This document shows positions 25,656 to 38,640 of a DNA stretch of 64,000 nucleotides, piece after piece. Both the position numbers and the translations under genes were made by a program. The DNA comes from Eledone cirrhosa. Lineage: Eukaryota. The notes under the pieces were generated by a model, which had not been told where the DNA came from, ran no database searches, and was given only the letters and a program-made list of their open reading frames with translations. Positions within the stretch are counted from its first letter, which is position 1, and every line of letters begins with the position of its first letter. The stretch lies in NCBI GenBank assembly GCA_964016885.1, contig OZ024743.1, positions 328,104,001 to 328,168,000 on the forward strand, given 5' to 3'.

Positions 25656-26539
25656 GTAATTATATTGATTTATCATGATCACTCAACCTGAAACGATCGT
25701 AAAACAATGAACTAATTAAGAACTTAACTTCCCCTTTTGTTTACATTGTTCAACATGTTATTCTCAACTTCACCCCTACCCCACCCCTACACACACACAC
25801 ACTCCTAGCCATTGAATTTTCCATCCCCAGGAGTACTTTACTTAACTTAGTCAACTATTATTTATAATTATCTGCAATGTGGCTAACATTTTCAAACACA
25901 CCCAAATAGCAAATTTATTAAGTTTTAACGAAGAAACTTTGCTTTCACCTTAAGCAAAATCTTCAAAAACCAGTAGGAAGCAACACAACAGTTTACAAAA
26001 ATATTCCAATCTGTAAAGTGGTTGGTGATAAGAAAGGAAACCAGCCATAAACACCCAGTACACTCTGTAAAGTAATTGGTGATAGAAAGAGCATCCAGCC
26101 ATCGAAAACTCACCAGACAAAGGGTTGAGCGGATTCCTCAGTTGTGTCAAAGACATGACAACCTCCTTAGTGTTGGTGATAGAAAGGGCATCCAGCTAAA
26201 CACAGGATAGGGAAGACTCTTCAATTGTGTCAAAGACATGACAACCAGCCTAGTGCTGGTGCCACAATAAAATGTATTTGGCAGAGTACAGGAATGTATA
26301 TAAGCATGATGTATAGCCCCTGACTCATCTTTAGCAGTGTGGTAATGTATGCCCTTGAACCATCTGAAAAGTCAGTAGCTCTACTTGAGGACTGACTCAA
26401 GTCTGTGACAATCCATCCAACCCTTACTAGCAGGGAAAACAGATGTTAAATTATGATGATCACAGAATGAAACTTCTGTCCAATTTTCAAACACATTTGA
26501 CATGTCATACTCTATAAGTTTCATTGAAAGGTTAACAAG

Positions 26540-26815
26540 TGCAGCAGTTATGGTGTATATGGAGTATGTCAGGGAACATGTAGCAGTTATGGTGTTGGAT
26601 TATGTGAAAGAACATGTAGCAGTTATGGTGTTGATATAGTATTTGGAAGAACATGTAGCAATTATGATGTAGTATGTGGAAGAACATGTAGCCGTTATGG
26701 TGCATATGGAGTATGTCAAGGAACATGTAGCAGTTATGGTGTTGATGGAGTATGTGAAAGAACATGTAGCAGTTATGGTGTTGATGGAGTATGTGAAAGA
26801 ACATGTAGCAGTTAT
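26540..26815. repeat. ~39-bp tandem repeat, ~7 copies
   Basis: Unit GAACATGTAGCAGTTATGGTGTTGATGGAGTATGTGAAA. Confidence 0.93.
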
Positions 26816-27789
26816 TTTCGCTTCAAAACTTAGGGAACTTTATAGATGTAGTACCTATAAACATTTGATAAAATAGTGTTATTGAAAGCAATGGAGAATA
26901 TATTGGCATATATATTGACAATTAAGTACAATAAATACCAATAAAAAAAATATAAACAGATAAAACGAAAAAGAAAAAAACCCATAATTTTCAATATCTT
27001 CCATCATCATCATTTAATATGTTTTACCTGTCAACAGAGGTTAGATGGGTTATCACAGATCAAATCATCACTTAATTGATACTACAGACCTCTCAGATAG
27101 GCCAGGGACCACATCTCATTTACATACATTCCAGTAATCTAGAGTGCACTGGGTGTATTTTTCATGGGTCCAGCATTAGAGAGGTTGTTGTACTCGTGTT
27201 TAACATGGTTTCTACAGCTGGATGCCATTGCTAAAACCAACCACTTTACAGAGTGTACTGGGTGCATTCTATTGAGGCATCAAAAATTTCATTTCAGCAT
27301 TGGAGAAATAAAATTAACTGAAGCCAAAATGAAGATGTATTGAAATAATTTAATGTAACTGAAATGAAATCAGGCAAATCTTATAGGTAGTAGTAATAGC
27401 AGCAACAGCACCACTACTACCACTACTATTACTTTGAAGCCAACGTGTCGAGACAAGCAAGCCAAGATTTACAGAGGTTTAATAAGTGAAGAAGTGAGAG
27501 CATGTGTGAAGAGGATTAAAAAACTAGACTTAGATATAAATATGAACCAATTATAAATGGTGGCAACATTGGCACAATATTTCAATTAAGATTGTCTTAA
27601 AGTTGTTTTATTAAACACCAGTGAGGCAATATACTGAGCAAAGATGTGACGATGCTTTATACTTAATAATAATATATCTAGCAGTGATGTGATTATAGTT
27701 TATCACTATGAAATGTCTGATTTCAAATTGAAGGTGTTTAAGGAAATCGGACATTTCATACTTAAGGACCTAATATATTTAACATCAAT

Positions 27790-27965
27790 ATATCTAGCAG
27801 TGATGTGATGGTTTATATTTAACAGTTATATATCTAGCAGTGATGTGATGGTTTATATTTAACAGTTATATATCTAGCAGTGATGTGATGGTTTATACTT
27901 AACAGCCATATATCTAGCAAAGATGCGGTTTATATCTAATACCAATGTAGTAATATACCTAGCAA
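27790..27965. repeat. ~39-40-bp tandem repeat
   Basis: About 4 copies of TATATCTAGCAGTGATGTGATGGTTTATATTTAACAGTTA. Confidence 0.9.
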
Positions 27966-28467
27966 AGATGTGATAATGACCACAATAAAGCACACCCACT
28001 ACACAATATGAAGTGGTTGGTGTTAGGATGGGCATCCAGCTGTAGAAACAATGCCAAAAAGCATAAGCATAGTGAACAAGATGTAGTCCACCAACGCATC
28101 TAGAGGAACAGAAGCTCCAATCAGCTACTGACTTGGTTTGTTGTGACCTGTCCAACTCTTGTTAAGGAAAATGAACAGTAGATGTGTATAAACATTGGAA
28201 TCATACTCTCTTAACTTATGACTATCACTCCCCTTCTAACCCCCTTCTGGGAACAGCGAGATCCCTTAAGTCTTCAATGGACAAAGCAGCCTCTAGTGCT
28301 AGTGTCCTGATGAAATGTAGAAAACAGATATACTGTATATACTCCAATATAAGCCTGCTCCCTATTTTATGTCTGAGAAATGAGTAAAAGTCCAACCCCC
28401 ATTTATGAGCTGAGGCAGGTAATCAAAACATTATGTTTAGATGGTGTGGTTTTGAAAGTCTCACGAG

Positions 28468-28810
28468 TCATCATCATCATTTCATTTTACGTCCGCTTTT
28501 CCCTGCTTGCAAGGGTGGGACGGGAACCGATTCTGGCTTGATTTCTACAGCTGGATGCCCTTCCTAACACCAACCTCATTTACAGTGAGTGATGGGTGCT
28601 TTTTTGCCGTGGCACCTCCACGACCACTTTGCAGTGGAATGATAGGGACCACAGTCCCTATCATCTCATTTCTACAGCTGAGTAAATTGGAGCAATGTGA
28701 AATAAAGTGTCTTGCTCAAGGAAACAACACATCACCCGGTCTGAGAATTGAACTCACAACCTTTCGATTGCAAGGCCAATGCTCTAACCACTAAGCCATG
28801 TGTCTCCAGT
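28468..28810 (-). mobile_element. Young full-length SINE (tRNA head, body, RTE-like tail with (GAT)n)
   Basis: Almost identical to 39115-39457. Confidence 0.88.
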
Positions 28811-30915
28811 GGAGAATATATTTATGAAGTTTAAATATTTTGTTATTTAAAAAGTTTTAAGTGTCATTTAGAGTATAGGTTTTGTTTCACAACTCCATTA
28901 TGTAATGAAGTTTTACCAATTTCCAACCATTTTGAACATAAAAATAAAATAGGAAATACGAATTTCACATTGAAAGAGAAACTGGTGTAATATTCACCTC
29001 CAAAAAGAAAATATTTTAACACCTCATATTTACTATTGTATTTTTGTGGTAAAGGCTTTACCTCACATAACATCAAATCTATGAGATTTTGATATTTATT
29101 TTGAGAACTATACCTAAACGTTGGTATGAGTGGCCGGATATAGCCAATTTGAACAGAAAGAGGTGAGAGAATTCTGGTCAGATAGAGCCAGTTTAAATAC
29201 TAAAGAGTAAATTAGAATTTTGAAGTTGGTGAAAATCAGCAAAATACTGACCTCGAATAGGTCTCCCCTCCTCCATTTTACCACAGACTTGTTTTATCAC
29301 ATATTCCTAAATACTAACCACAGAGATGAGTGAATGATTCAAGGATTAAGCTGTTGAGCTTGCTAGTTATCTGACTACTTCACAGCCTGGGTCTCTTAGA
29401 ATGATAGTTTTAGTTTTCAAATTCAGTATATTGAAGTCAGTTAAACACTATAAGGCCAGCGATCAGCTTTGAAGACATAATTATGGTGACTTATTCTAAT
29501 TGCTCAACCTCTGTAATTATAACATAATTATAGTTACTAATTCTATATATTTAACTGATCGACCTCTGCCAATTATAACACTAATTACTTTTCAGCTATA
29601 TATATCAATATTTATATTTCGAAATTGGGGTGGAAGTAATCCTAACTGAAAAATGTTGTATAACAAAAACTACATACATTTTTTTCAAGATATTTCATAT
29701 CACTGTTAGATATAGATATGGCTGAGAGGTTTAGAGGTTTGCTGCACATTCACATGGCTTCAAGTTTAACCCACTGTATCACATTTTCAGCAAGTGTCTA
29801 CTTATAGCCTTCAGCTAACCAATGCTTTGTGATTGAATTTGATAGACAAAAACTGTGTAGAAGCCTATCACACATTTATGTATGTGTATATGCAAAGATC
29901 AGTGGAATAAGCAGCAGACTGAAAAACATATATTGGTATTAGGAAAGACTCCCAGTTATAGAACACTACCTCAAAAAAGTCTCATTTAACCTATGCCAAT
30001 ATAGAAATCATCATCACCAGTTTTATGTGCTGGTATGAATGTAAAAATGATGATGATAGTTTCAAGATTTTCTTCTTCACCCACTTATTCTTGGGATGGT
30101 TATATGGGCCAAATCCTCAGTTCCAAGCTAACTGACTGGATGTCTTTGAAATACTCTAATTGTACTTTTTGGAATTTTAATCCCAGATTTTCATCAGCTT
30201 TATTATATCAATATATGTTTTAAACAGAATATCAGTATAGTTGGTCAAAGACAAGAGATGTTGGAACTAGTAATACCACAGTTAATAAAGTCACTTCAAC
30301 TGCCGAAATACTTATAATGTAGCTATTGGTTTTGTGTTTCATTTTAATCACCACCACATTCAGCTCACATATACATGTGTATCCTCAGCTAAATGCATGT
30401 ATCTGGTTCTTAGTATAGGGTACACTGTATTCCTGCATATCATAAGAAGTGACTAAAAGGGTTGGCCTCAGAAAAGACATCTGCCAATAAAACATTGCCT
30501 GATACATCATCATTTTATGCCTATTTCATTTTGGCATGGTTTAAACTGGATGCCTTTCCTAATGCCAACCACATTACAGCCTGTTCTAAAGTTCTAAAGT
30601 AAAAGAAAGTTGTGGCACAGGTCCAGGCAAGGTTGTTTGTGGAAGACCAGCAGTCGCACTTACATACCAGTCGCCAATCTCCAGGTCACCGATGTTGTCC
30701 AACATCGGTGACCTGGAGAGGGGAGACTGATACAGCTTGGCACCAGTGACGTGCTAACCCATTTCTACAGCTGGGTAAACTGGAGCAACTTGAAATAGTG
30801 TCTTGCTCAAGAACACAGCACACAACCCAGTCATCCAGGAATTGAACTCACAATTTTATGATTGTAAGCTCGACACTAACCACTAAACCATACGCCTGTT
30901 CTACGTACATTACAT

Positions 30916-30961
<46 letters not shown>

Positions 30962-32625
30962 CAAAGGAAATGTGGTAAAGAACCAGATGGACCATAACGC
31001 ACCAAAGTACTCAATACTTAGGGTAGTAGAGTGGGTAATAGGAACGAATAGGACCCCTTCTTTTTCATGAATAGCCGAGCTTCTCAGGGGGTAATTCCAT
31101 ATATGGTAAAAGTGATTGTCACAAGGATTGGTCAAAAGTTTGTTGTTGAGACACATAATTCTATCATGGCAATTTGTGGAAGGAAGGGGTAGCTGAACCT
31201 GCCAGTAGAAGAAAGAGGGAGAGGGAGGGGAGGAAACCCAGCCGTGCGTTGATAGTGCCAACCACAGCAGGATCCTAAGGGCAGGAGGTGAAGAAAGTAT
31301 ACTAGGGAGGGGGAGGAGGAGGAAGTTGGGGTCCTACTCGTTCCTATATATACATATATATATATATATATACCAGTACTCACTGTAAATGAGGTCGGTG
31401 TTAGGAAGGGCATCCAGCTGTAGAAACCGAGCCAAAATCAGTCTTGTATGAGCAAGACACGGTCACCTGACCTAGCATTGCCCACAACAGGACAAGCCAT
31501 CTAACCCATGCTAGCGTGGAGACATCGACATAAAACGGTGATGATGATAAATACATACATACATACACAGAATGAGCCATATTTAGCTTGTGTGCCTTTC
31601 CCTATTTCAACAACGGCATGTTTACATTAATCCAAACAGACCATGCTTCAAACATTTTAATGTAACTATATAACCCTACATGAATTGACTTTGTATTACT
31701 TTTGGAATTTTAATATCACTATGGGTATGTGAACCATAGTGGTAAATGGATACATCGATGTAACAAGATTGTGGCCTCTGGTAGAGGGGGAAGGGGGTGC
31801 CCACATAAAACCTGGGAAGAGGTAATCAGGGATGATATGAAAGCCTGAAACCTGAACCTGAACCAAAACCTATCCCTGGAACGAACACTCTGGAGAGATA
31901 ATTTGAAAGAGGCTACCAAAATGTCCAATGCTTATGACAAGTAAAGATGTTGAACCAGACAATGATGATGATGAGGTTTATTTTTATTCACATTTCTTAA
32001 TAGTGATCTAATTATGGTGAGCTCTGTATAGGAAGAGTATCTGGCTGCAGAATACTGCCCCAAATATCTTGTCCAACCCAAGACAGCATGGAAAAGTGGA
32101 CATAATGATGATGGTAAACTACTAGGGGAGATGAAGCAAAGAGTGACACCTGTAGCTCTCAAGAAAACTCTCACAACCCAGTGACCTAGCTACAAGGTGA
32201 GTAAAGGCCACCTCTAAAAAAGCCTTGTCTTCTGGGTTTGACAAAGCACCATATTGGTGACTGGCATGAATAAGTCTACCAAAACTGCAATATGGTGAAA
32301 GGAATGAAAAAGAATCACTCCACATCGTCCTCCACGCGGATTAACAAGGGACCCATTCAGGCCTTAGGTAGAGGGGGCCTGTTCAAAAAATATTTTGCAA
32401 ACTCCATTTCATGGTGAAAAAAACTGGCGATGGGACTGCAACCTGTCCTGGGCGGCGTGGGAAGGATGCACAAAGATTGCGTATCCCGAGACCCTAACAT
32501 CGAATTTGATTAATAATCTGCATGTTGTGTCATATGTTTGAAATAAACCTCAAATATCTGGTATTCGATAATAACAACATTATATCATTTTATTCATTTC
32601 TAATAACTACATTGTTAATAATGAC

Positions 32626-34408
32626 AACAGTTGATTCCGACAGCGCTGTCAGTATCGACAGTGCAGTTGACACCGGCGGCGCAGTTGACACCGGCGGCGC
32701 AGTTGACACCGGCGGCGCAGTGGATACCGACGGTGCAGTGGATACCGACGGTGCAGTGGATACCGACGGTGCAGTGGATACCGACAGTGCAGTGGATACC
32801 GACAGTGTATTGGATACTGACAGTGCAGTTGATACCGACAGTGCAGTGGATACCGACAGTGCAGTGGATACCGACAGTGTATTGGATACTGACAGTGCAG
32901 TGGATACCGACAGTGCAGTGGATACCGACAGTGCAGTGGATACCGACAGTGCAGTGGATACCGACAGTGCAGTGGATACCGACAGTGCAGTGGATACCGA
33001 CAGTGTATTGGATACTGACAGTGCAGTGGATACCGACAGTGCAGTGGATACCGACAGTGCAGTGGATACCGACAGTGCAGTGGATACCGACAGTGTATTG
33101 GATACTGACAGTGCAGTGGATACCGACAGTGTATTGGATACTGACAGTGCAGTTGATACCGACAGTGCAGTTGATACCGACAGTGCAGTGGATACCGACA
33201 GTGCAGTGGATACCGACAGTGTATTGGATACCGACAGTGCAGTGGATACCGACAGTGTATTGGATACTGACAGTGCAGTTGATACCGACAGTGCAGTTGA
33301 TACCGACAGTGCAGTGGATACCGACAGTGCAGTGGATACCGACAGTGCAGTGGATACCGACAGTGCAGTGGATACCGACAGTGTATTGGATACCGACAGT
33401 GCAGTGGATACCGACAGTGTATTGGATACTGACAGTGCAGTTGATACCGACAGTGCAGTGGATACCGACAGTGCAGTGGATACCGACAGTGCAGTGGATA
33501 CCGACAGTGTATTGGATACTGACAGTGCAGTGGATACCGACAGTGTATTGGATACTGACAGTGCAGTTGATACCGACAGTGCAGTTGATACCGACAGTGC
33601 AGTGGATACCGACAGTGCAGTGGATACCGACAGTGTATTGGATACCGACAGTGCAGTGGATACCGACAGTGTATTGGATACTGACAGTGCAGTTGATACC
33701 GACAGTGCAGTGGATACCGACAGTGCAGTGGATACCGACAGTGTATTGGATACTGACAGTGCAGTGGATACCGACAGTGTATTGGATACTGACAGTGCAG
33801 TCGATACCGACAGTGCAGTGGATACCGACAGTGCAGTGGATACCGACAGTGCAGTGGATACCGACAGTGCAGTGGATACCGACAGTGTATTGGATACTGA
33901 CAGTGCAGTGGATACCGACAGTGTATTGGATACTGACAGTGCAGTGGATACCGACAGTGCAGTGGATACCGACAGTGCAGTGGATACCGACAGTGCAGTG
34001 GATACCGACAGTGCAGTGGATACCGACAGTGCAGTGGATACCGACAGTGCAGTGGATACCGACAGTGCAGTGGATACCGACAGTGCAGTGGATACCGACA
34101 GTGCAGTTGATATTGACAGCGTAGTTGATATTGACAGCGTAGTTGATACCGACAGTGCAGTTGATACCGACAGTGTATTGGATACCGACAGTGTATTGGA
34201 TACCGACAGTGCAGTTGATATTGACAGCGTAGTTGATACCGACAGTGCAGTCGATACCGACAGTGCAGTGGATACCGACAATGTATTGGATACTGACAGT
34301 GCAGTGGATACCGACAGTGCAGTGGATACCGACAGTGTAGTGGATATTGACAGTGCAGTTGATATTGACAGTGCAGTTGATATTGACAGCATAGTTGATA
34401 CTGAGAGT
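32626..34408. repeat. 18-bp minisatellite, ~100 copies, in SMG6 intron 2
   Basis: Unit GATACCGACAGTGCAGTG, with a recurrent variant GTATTGGATACTGAC. It yields four long pseudo-ORFs. Confidence 0.99.
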
Positions 34409-35008
34409 AATAACAGAAGAAATATCAGAGTAAATGGCTAAAGAGAGTATGACAGGAGAAATAGAGTGGTTGGGGATATTAAAATTGATTTTAAAATGAA
34501 GATGAATTACAAAGTATATATTAACTTTTAACATCTTGTAACTACTTAGCAGAAAATAGTTAAAAGCATCTTTGTTAATTCAAATGTTTGTAGTATCTTT
34601 ACTGGTAGAAAGATATTTGCAAAAATTTACAGTAAAGACTAATTCTTAATCTTATTGAGTTACTACACCACACCCATCGAGTGTTGTAAACAGAGAGGTT
34701 TCAAGGTCATTAAGTGTGCATGAATCTTCAAGATTGGGGTAAACTAGAAGTTTGTAATTGCCCGCATTGGCATACCCCCATTTCTGAAGGTTGCGTCTAC
34801 TGCAACCAACAGCTATCTGCTATAGTAATTCTAAATGTAATGCAGTCATAGTGCTGCTTTGTACTTTTCAATTGTGTTGTTTTAATGCAGTTTCATGCAG
34901 TACAGGATAGTAAGAGTTAAAAAAAAAAACTAAACATTTATCTATATTTATGAATATAGAACACAGAAAAATACTTAAAATATATTAGTGAAAGAAACTA
35001 ATACTTAC

Positions 35009-36875
35009 TTTTGATAACATGAATCCTGGTTAAATATATCATCAGAAGAAAGTCTGATTTCTTTAGGTAGTGTGTGGAAATGTGAGAGATAAGGATCAGA
35101 ATGGGGACTTGATGGACTACCCCGGTAACAGTTAACATCAGGGTTATTTGAATCAGAATAGAAGATAGGTAAGTTTCGAGGGTATGCATCTAAAGAGTCA
35201 GAATGTTCAGAAGCATCGTAGAATTTTAAGACAGAGTTCTTTATAATAATGGGCTTTTTAGGATTTTTGGGGTCAAATAGTTTCTTTTTGGCATCGCCAG
35301 CTTGTTCTCTAGGCCGAGATTGCATGCTCCGCGGTGGCAAGGAAGGCTGCTGTATATCAGATTGAGGATAAACATGGATTTGCTGATCTGGCAAAGTCGA
35401 TACATTATGTGGTAAATGTATTATGCCACCACCTCGCGGAGCAGAATTTTTTTCAGAGTTCTTACTCTCCGTTGACTTACTACCATTAGCAGCTTTGTTC
35501 ACTTCAACTTGACGATCACTTTTACCAAATGTTACTTTGATGCCCAGCTTTCTTAAATCGTTCTCTTGCTCGTTATTATTTTTGCTATTCTCATATGTAG
35601 TGGTCTTTCTCCTCCTACCTCGACTCTTTCCCTTTCGAGTACCATCTCCAGACCGTTCAGGCTCATAGTCTTTTGATGGATTACTCTGAATACTGGAATC
35701 TCGACTTTCAGCTTTTGGCTGTCTGGAACATCTACACCGATCTCGTTTACGACTCCGCACATGCAACATCTGATCACTGTAATTACTACCGGAACTCTCA
35801 GTCCGTATGCGACGATTTTCCACTAATCCACATTTCGGTTGTTTCCCTAAGTAATCCAAGTTTTGCATATTTTCAGTCATTTGCTGTATTTTTTGAGTTC
35901 CTTCTCGTAGTTCTTCATGCACTGACTTGGACATCTGACGCTCTACATCCTCATCCCAGTCAAACGTCTGGCCTCCGTTGAGATCTTCCATGCTAGCATC
36001 ACTAGCAGCACTGAATTCACTGCTGATACTGCCAGTACGTTGCCGTCGATGCTGAGAAGTATAACATTTTGTCTTGGTATAAGAGCGCCGTTTAGAATGC
36101 CGCTGACTCTGGCTGCTCACAGAATCACAGTCATCGTCTTTGGAAAAATCAATACCCTTTCGTATTCCTTCATATTTATAGCGACACATTCTACCACCAG
36201 GGCTTAGTGGAGCATCAACTTCACTTTCTCGTGAATACTCAAATGACCCGCGGTGTTTAGGCGATTTATAAGAGTCTTCTTCCCTGTGATAACCATCGGT
36301 CTTATCATGAAACTGTAAATTCAAAAACTGGTTGTTATTTCGACGAGACTGACCACTGCCACCCATCTCTAATTGGTCATTTAAAACAGTGACGACCATT
36401 TTCTTAAAGTTGGGTTTAATATCTACCTTCCGATTGGAAGCTGAGTTGGAGAGGATTTCTTTCTGGTCAACATCAGATTTACCATCACCTTTGCTGCCCT
36501 GTTCAATTGCTTTAGCAGGAGGGATATATCTAAGGATCTCAGGCTTTTTATGCGTCATTGTAGATGTCTTCCTTGGATCTTGACAGGCAAGTTGACTGGC
36601 TTTCCTGGGTAATGAGTTAGAACCATGTACATAGAAAGTGTTTAGAGTGCCAGAAATGGTTTCTATCTCCTTCTCCATACTACTTTCTTTACTATCTCGA
36701 TAACTATCATCATCAGATGTGAAACCATCAGTTCCAGATGTTGATTTTTTGAATCTTTCTTCTCCTCTATTTTCAGCACGACGGCTCAATCGGGTGATTC
36801 CTGGCTGGTAAACTTCTCTTGTAGGTCGTTTTGTCCTTGCTTTACCAAAGTATTCTTTTAATTTGCCTTTATTTT
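35009..36875 (-). CDS. SMG6: SMG6 large exon 2 (1867 nt), N-terminal disordered region with EJC-binding-like motifs
   Basis: Acceptor TTCCAG|AAAATAAAGG and donor CAAAA|GTAAGT (phase 2). Encodes KRPTREVYQPG and KKPEILRYIPP (EBM-like), plus GGGIIHLP, KKLFDPKNP and LKFYD, which resemble conserved SMG6 N-terminal islands. Confidence 0.92.
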
Positions 36876-37469
36876 CTGGAAAGAGAAAAAGTATGTATGA
36901 AATTTTGTAAGAAGATATCAAGGCGGGGGGGGGGGGGGGGGGGGGGGGCATCTTTTATTGTTATGCACCCACACCTGAACCTACCATATGAAAATATTGA
37001 TGGTCAACTGCAAAGTGAAATCAAATTGGCATATAGGTGGTGCCAGATGCACAATAATCTGTGGAGGAGGTAAGACAGGAGTTCCCAACAGTAATATGTA
37101 CCAAAGTTGCCTTGGTGTAAAAGTAATAAGGTAAAACATGAAATTTGGGGAATCACTGCATTAGAATGTGGTCACACTGTATGATAAGTGTGGTGAGAAG
37201 GTGGGAAAATAGGTGTAATGGGTGTATAGCATGTGTGAGGTGGGATTTGGCAGACGAAGTAAGGGGATCAAGTGGTGGAGGTGATCACAAATAGAGTGGG
37301 AGTAGGAAATACAGTAATGATGAGAATAGTTACTATAAGAATAGTTATGACAAGTGTGGTGGGATTTAACAAGGGAGTAATCTTGGATAGAGAATAGTTA
37401 CTAAAGAGTATGGAGGATGCTTTAGATGGGGTGGAGAGATGGATACTATAACAAAACTCAAGGGACATA

Positions 37470-38640
37470 GCAGGCATCTTGTTTTTAAGAGCCTGTCTTC
37501 TCCAGTACCACAAGTCAGCAGTCATCACTGTCATGAGGTTGAACATCCTATGGTCAATCTTCATTACTTTATCCCATGTTTTCCTAGGTCTACATTTCCC
37601 CCAGATTCCAGCTGAGAGGTTTCTACACTTTTTTATAGTGTCATCTTCCATATGCATCATATGTGCACACAAATGCATCTTCTCTCTTGCACACTACACT
37701 CAATTCCTCTTATGCCAAGTCTTTCTCTCAGCTTCTTTATACTCCATCATTCAGGCACACTAACATTACACATCCACCAGAGCATACCCTCTTCATTTCT
37801 TTCTAACCTTCGCAGGTCTTCTGCAATTAAGGTCCATGTTTCACTGCCATGTAGCATCGCAGTTCATATGCAGACATCATGCAGTCTACCCATAAGTCTA
37901 GGAGTAGCCCATTATCGTCATCAGAGGTACTAACTCCCTAAACTTCTAGCATGTTCTTATTCTAGCTATTACGGTCTCTGAACATCCTCCCCAACTGCAG
38001 ATTAGATCACCAAGATAACAGAAGCAGTCAACAACTTTTTATGGAGTCACCCAGGCAGTTGAAGGAAACTAATTCATATGTACACTGAGTTCAAATTCAA
38101 GTGTTGCCTACTTCGATGATAATCCAGCTGAACACCACTACCTGACCCTTGGATGGTAGACTTAATTTGTCAGCCAGTTTAACACAACCACCTCGCTCTT
38201 GGCTGCCTTTAACAGTGTCCACTGTATTATAAACATTTGGGCCATGTCTTCAAGCATTTAAAGGGATTATCCTTCTCTATATATTGAGTATGACTACCTC
38301 CCTGATCTTTAAGTTTACTCCGAGCCTTTTTTATTCTAAATTCTGTTTCTACAAGAATGTATTTTCTAGCTGTTTTATTGACTCAATAATAAGAACCAGG
38401 TTGTCAGTATATCTATTATGGCCTGAAGGGCTATAATGAACAAGAGAACAAGAGTGAGCTGACAACTAAACTCTGATGAACACATACCTGAATACTGAAT
38501 TCCTCACTAAACTCATTACCTACTCTCACTTTGATGGCAGCACCTCTGCACATGACCGCTCATCCACATTCAGTTTCCTTAAGGACCACCAGATTACAGG
38601 TTGTGATACTCTGTCATAAGACCTTCTCCAGTTCAATGAA
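37470..38640 (-). mobile_element. Old, heavily decayed RTE LINE fragment
   Basis: Remnants of DLEK..DRV, FCYLGD, LHGSETW and GRPRKTW motifs with many stops. Confidence 0.75.

Noticed and set aside
26532-26876. His/Cys-rich repeat ORF (MFFHILHQHHNCY)n as a coding exon
   Set aside because: 39-bp minisatellite open on both strands, with no convincing splice sites linking it to SMG6.
28300-28335. CTGATGA...GAAA hammerhead-like spacing
   Set aside because: No stem II or stem III pairing.
29252-29306. Possible extra 55-nt SMG6 exon (TTTAG|GAATATGTG...CGAG|GTCAGT)
   Set aside because: Open only with phase-0 entry, whereas exon 2 ends in phase 2. No similarity to SMG6.
32522-34441. 639-aa plus-strand ORF of DTDSAV repeats (and overlapping 497-639 aa ORFs) as a nested gene
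   Set aside because: An 18-bp unit lacking stops is open in four frames at once. There is no unique domain, and the openness is explained by the repeat.
36876-36951. N-terminal MPPPPPPPP extension of the 648-aa ORF
   Set aside because: Intronic poly-C tract upstream of a clear acceptor at 36876/36875.
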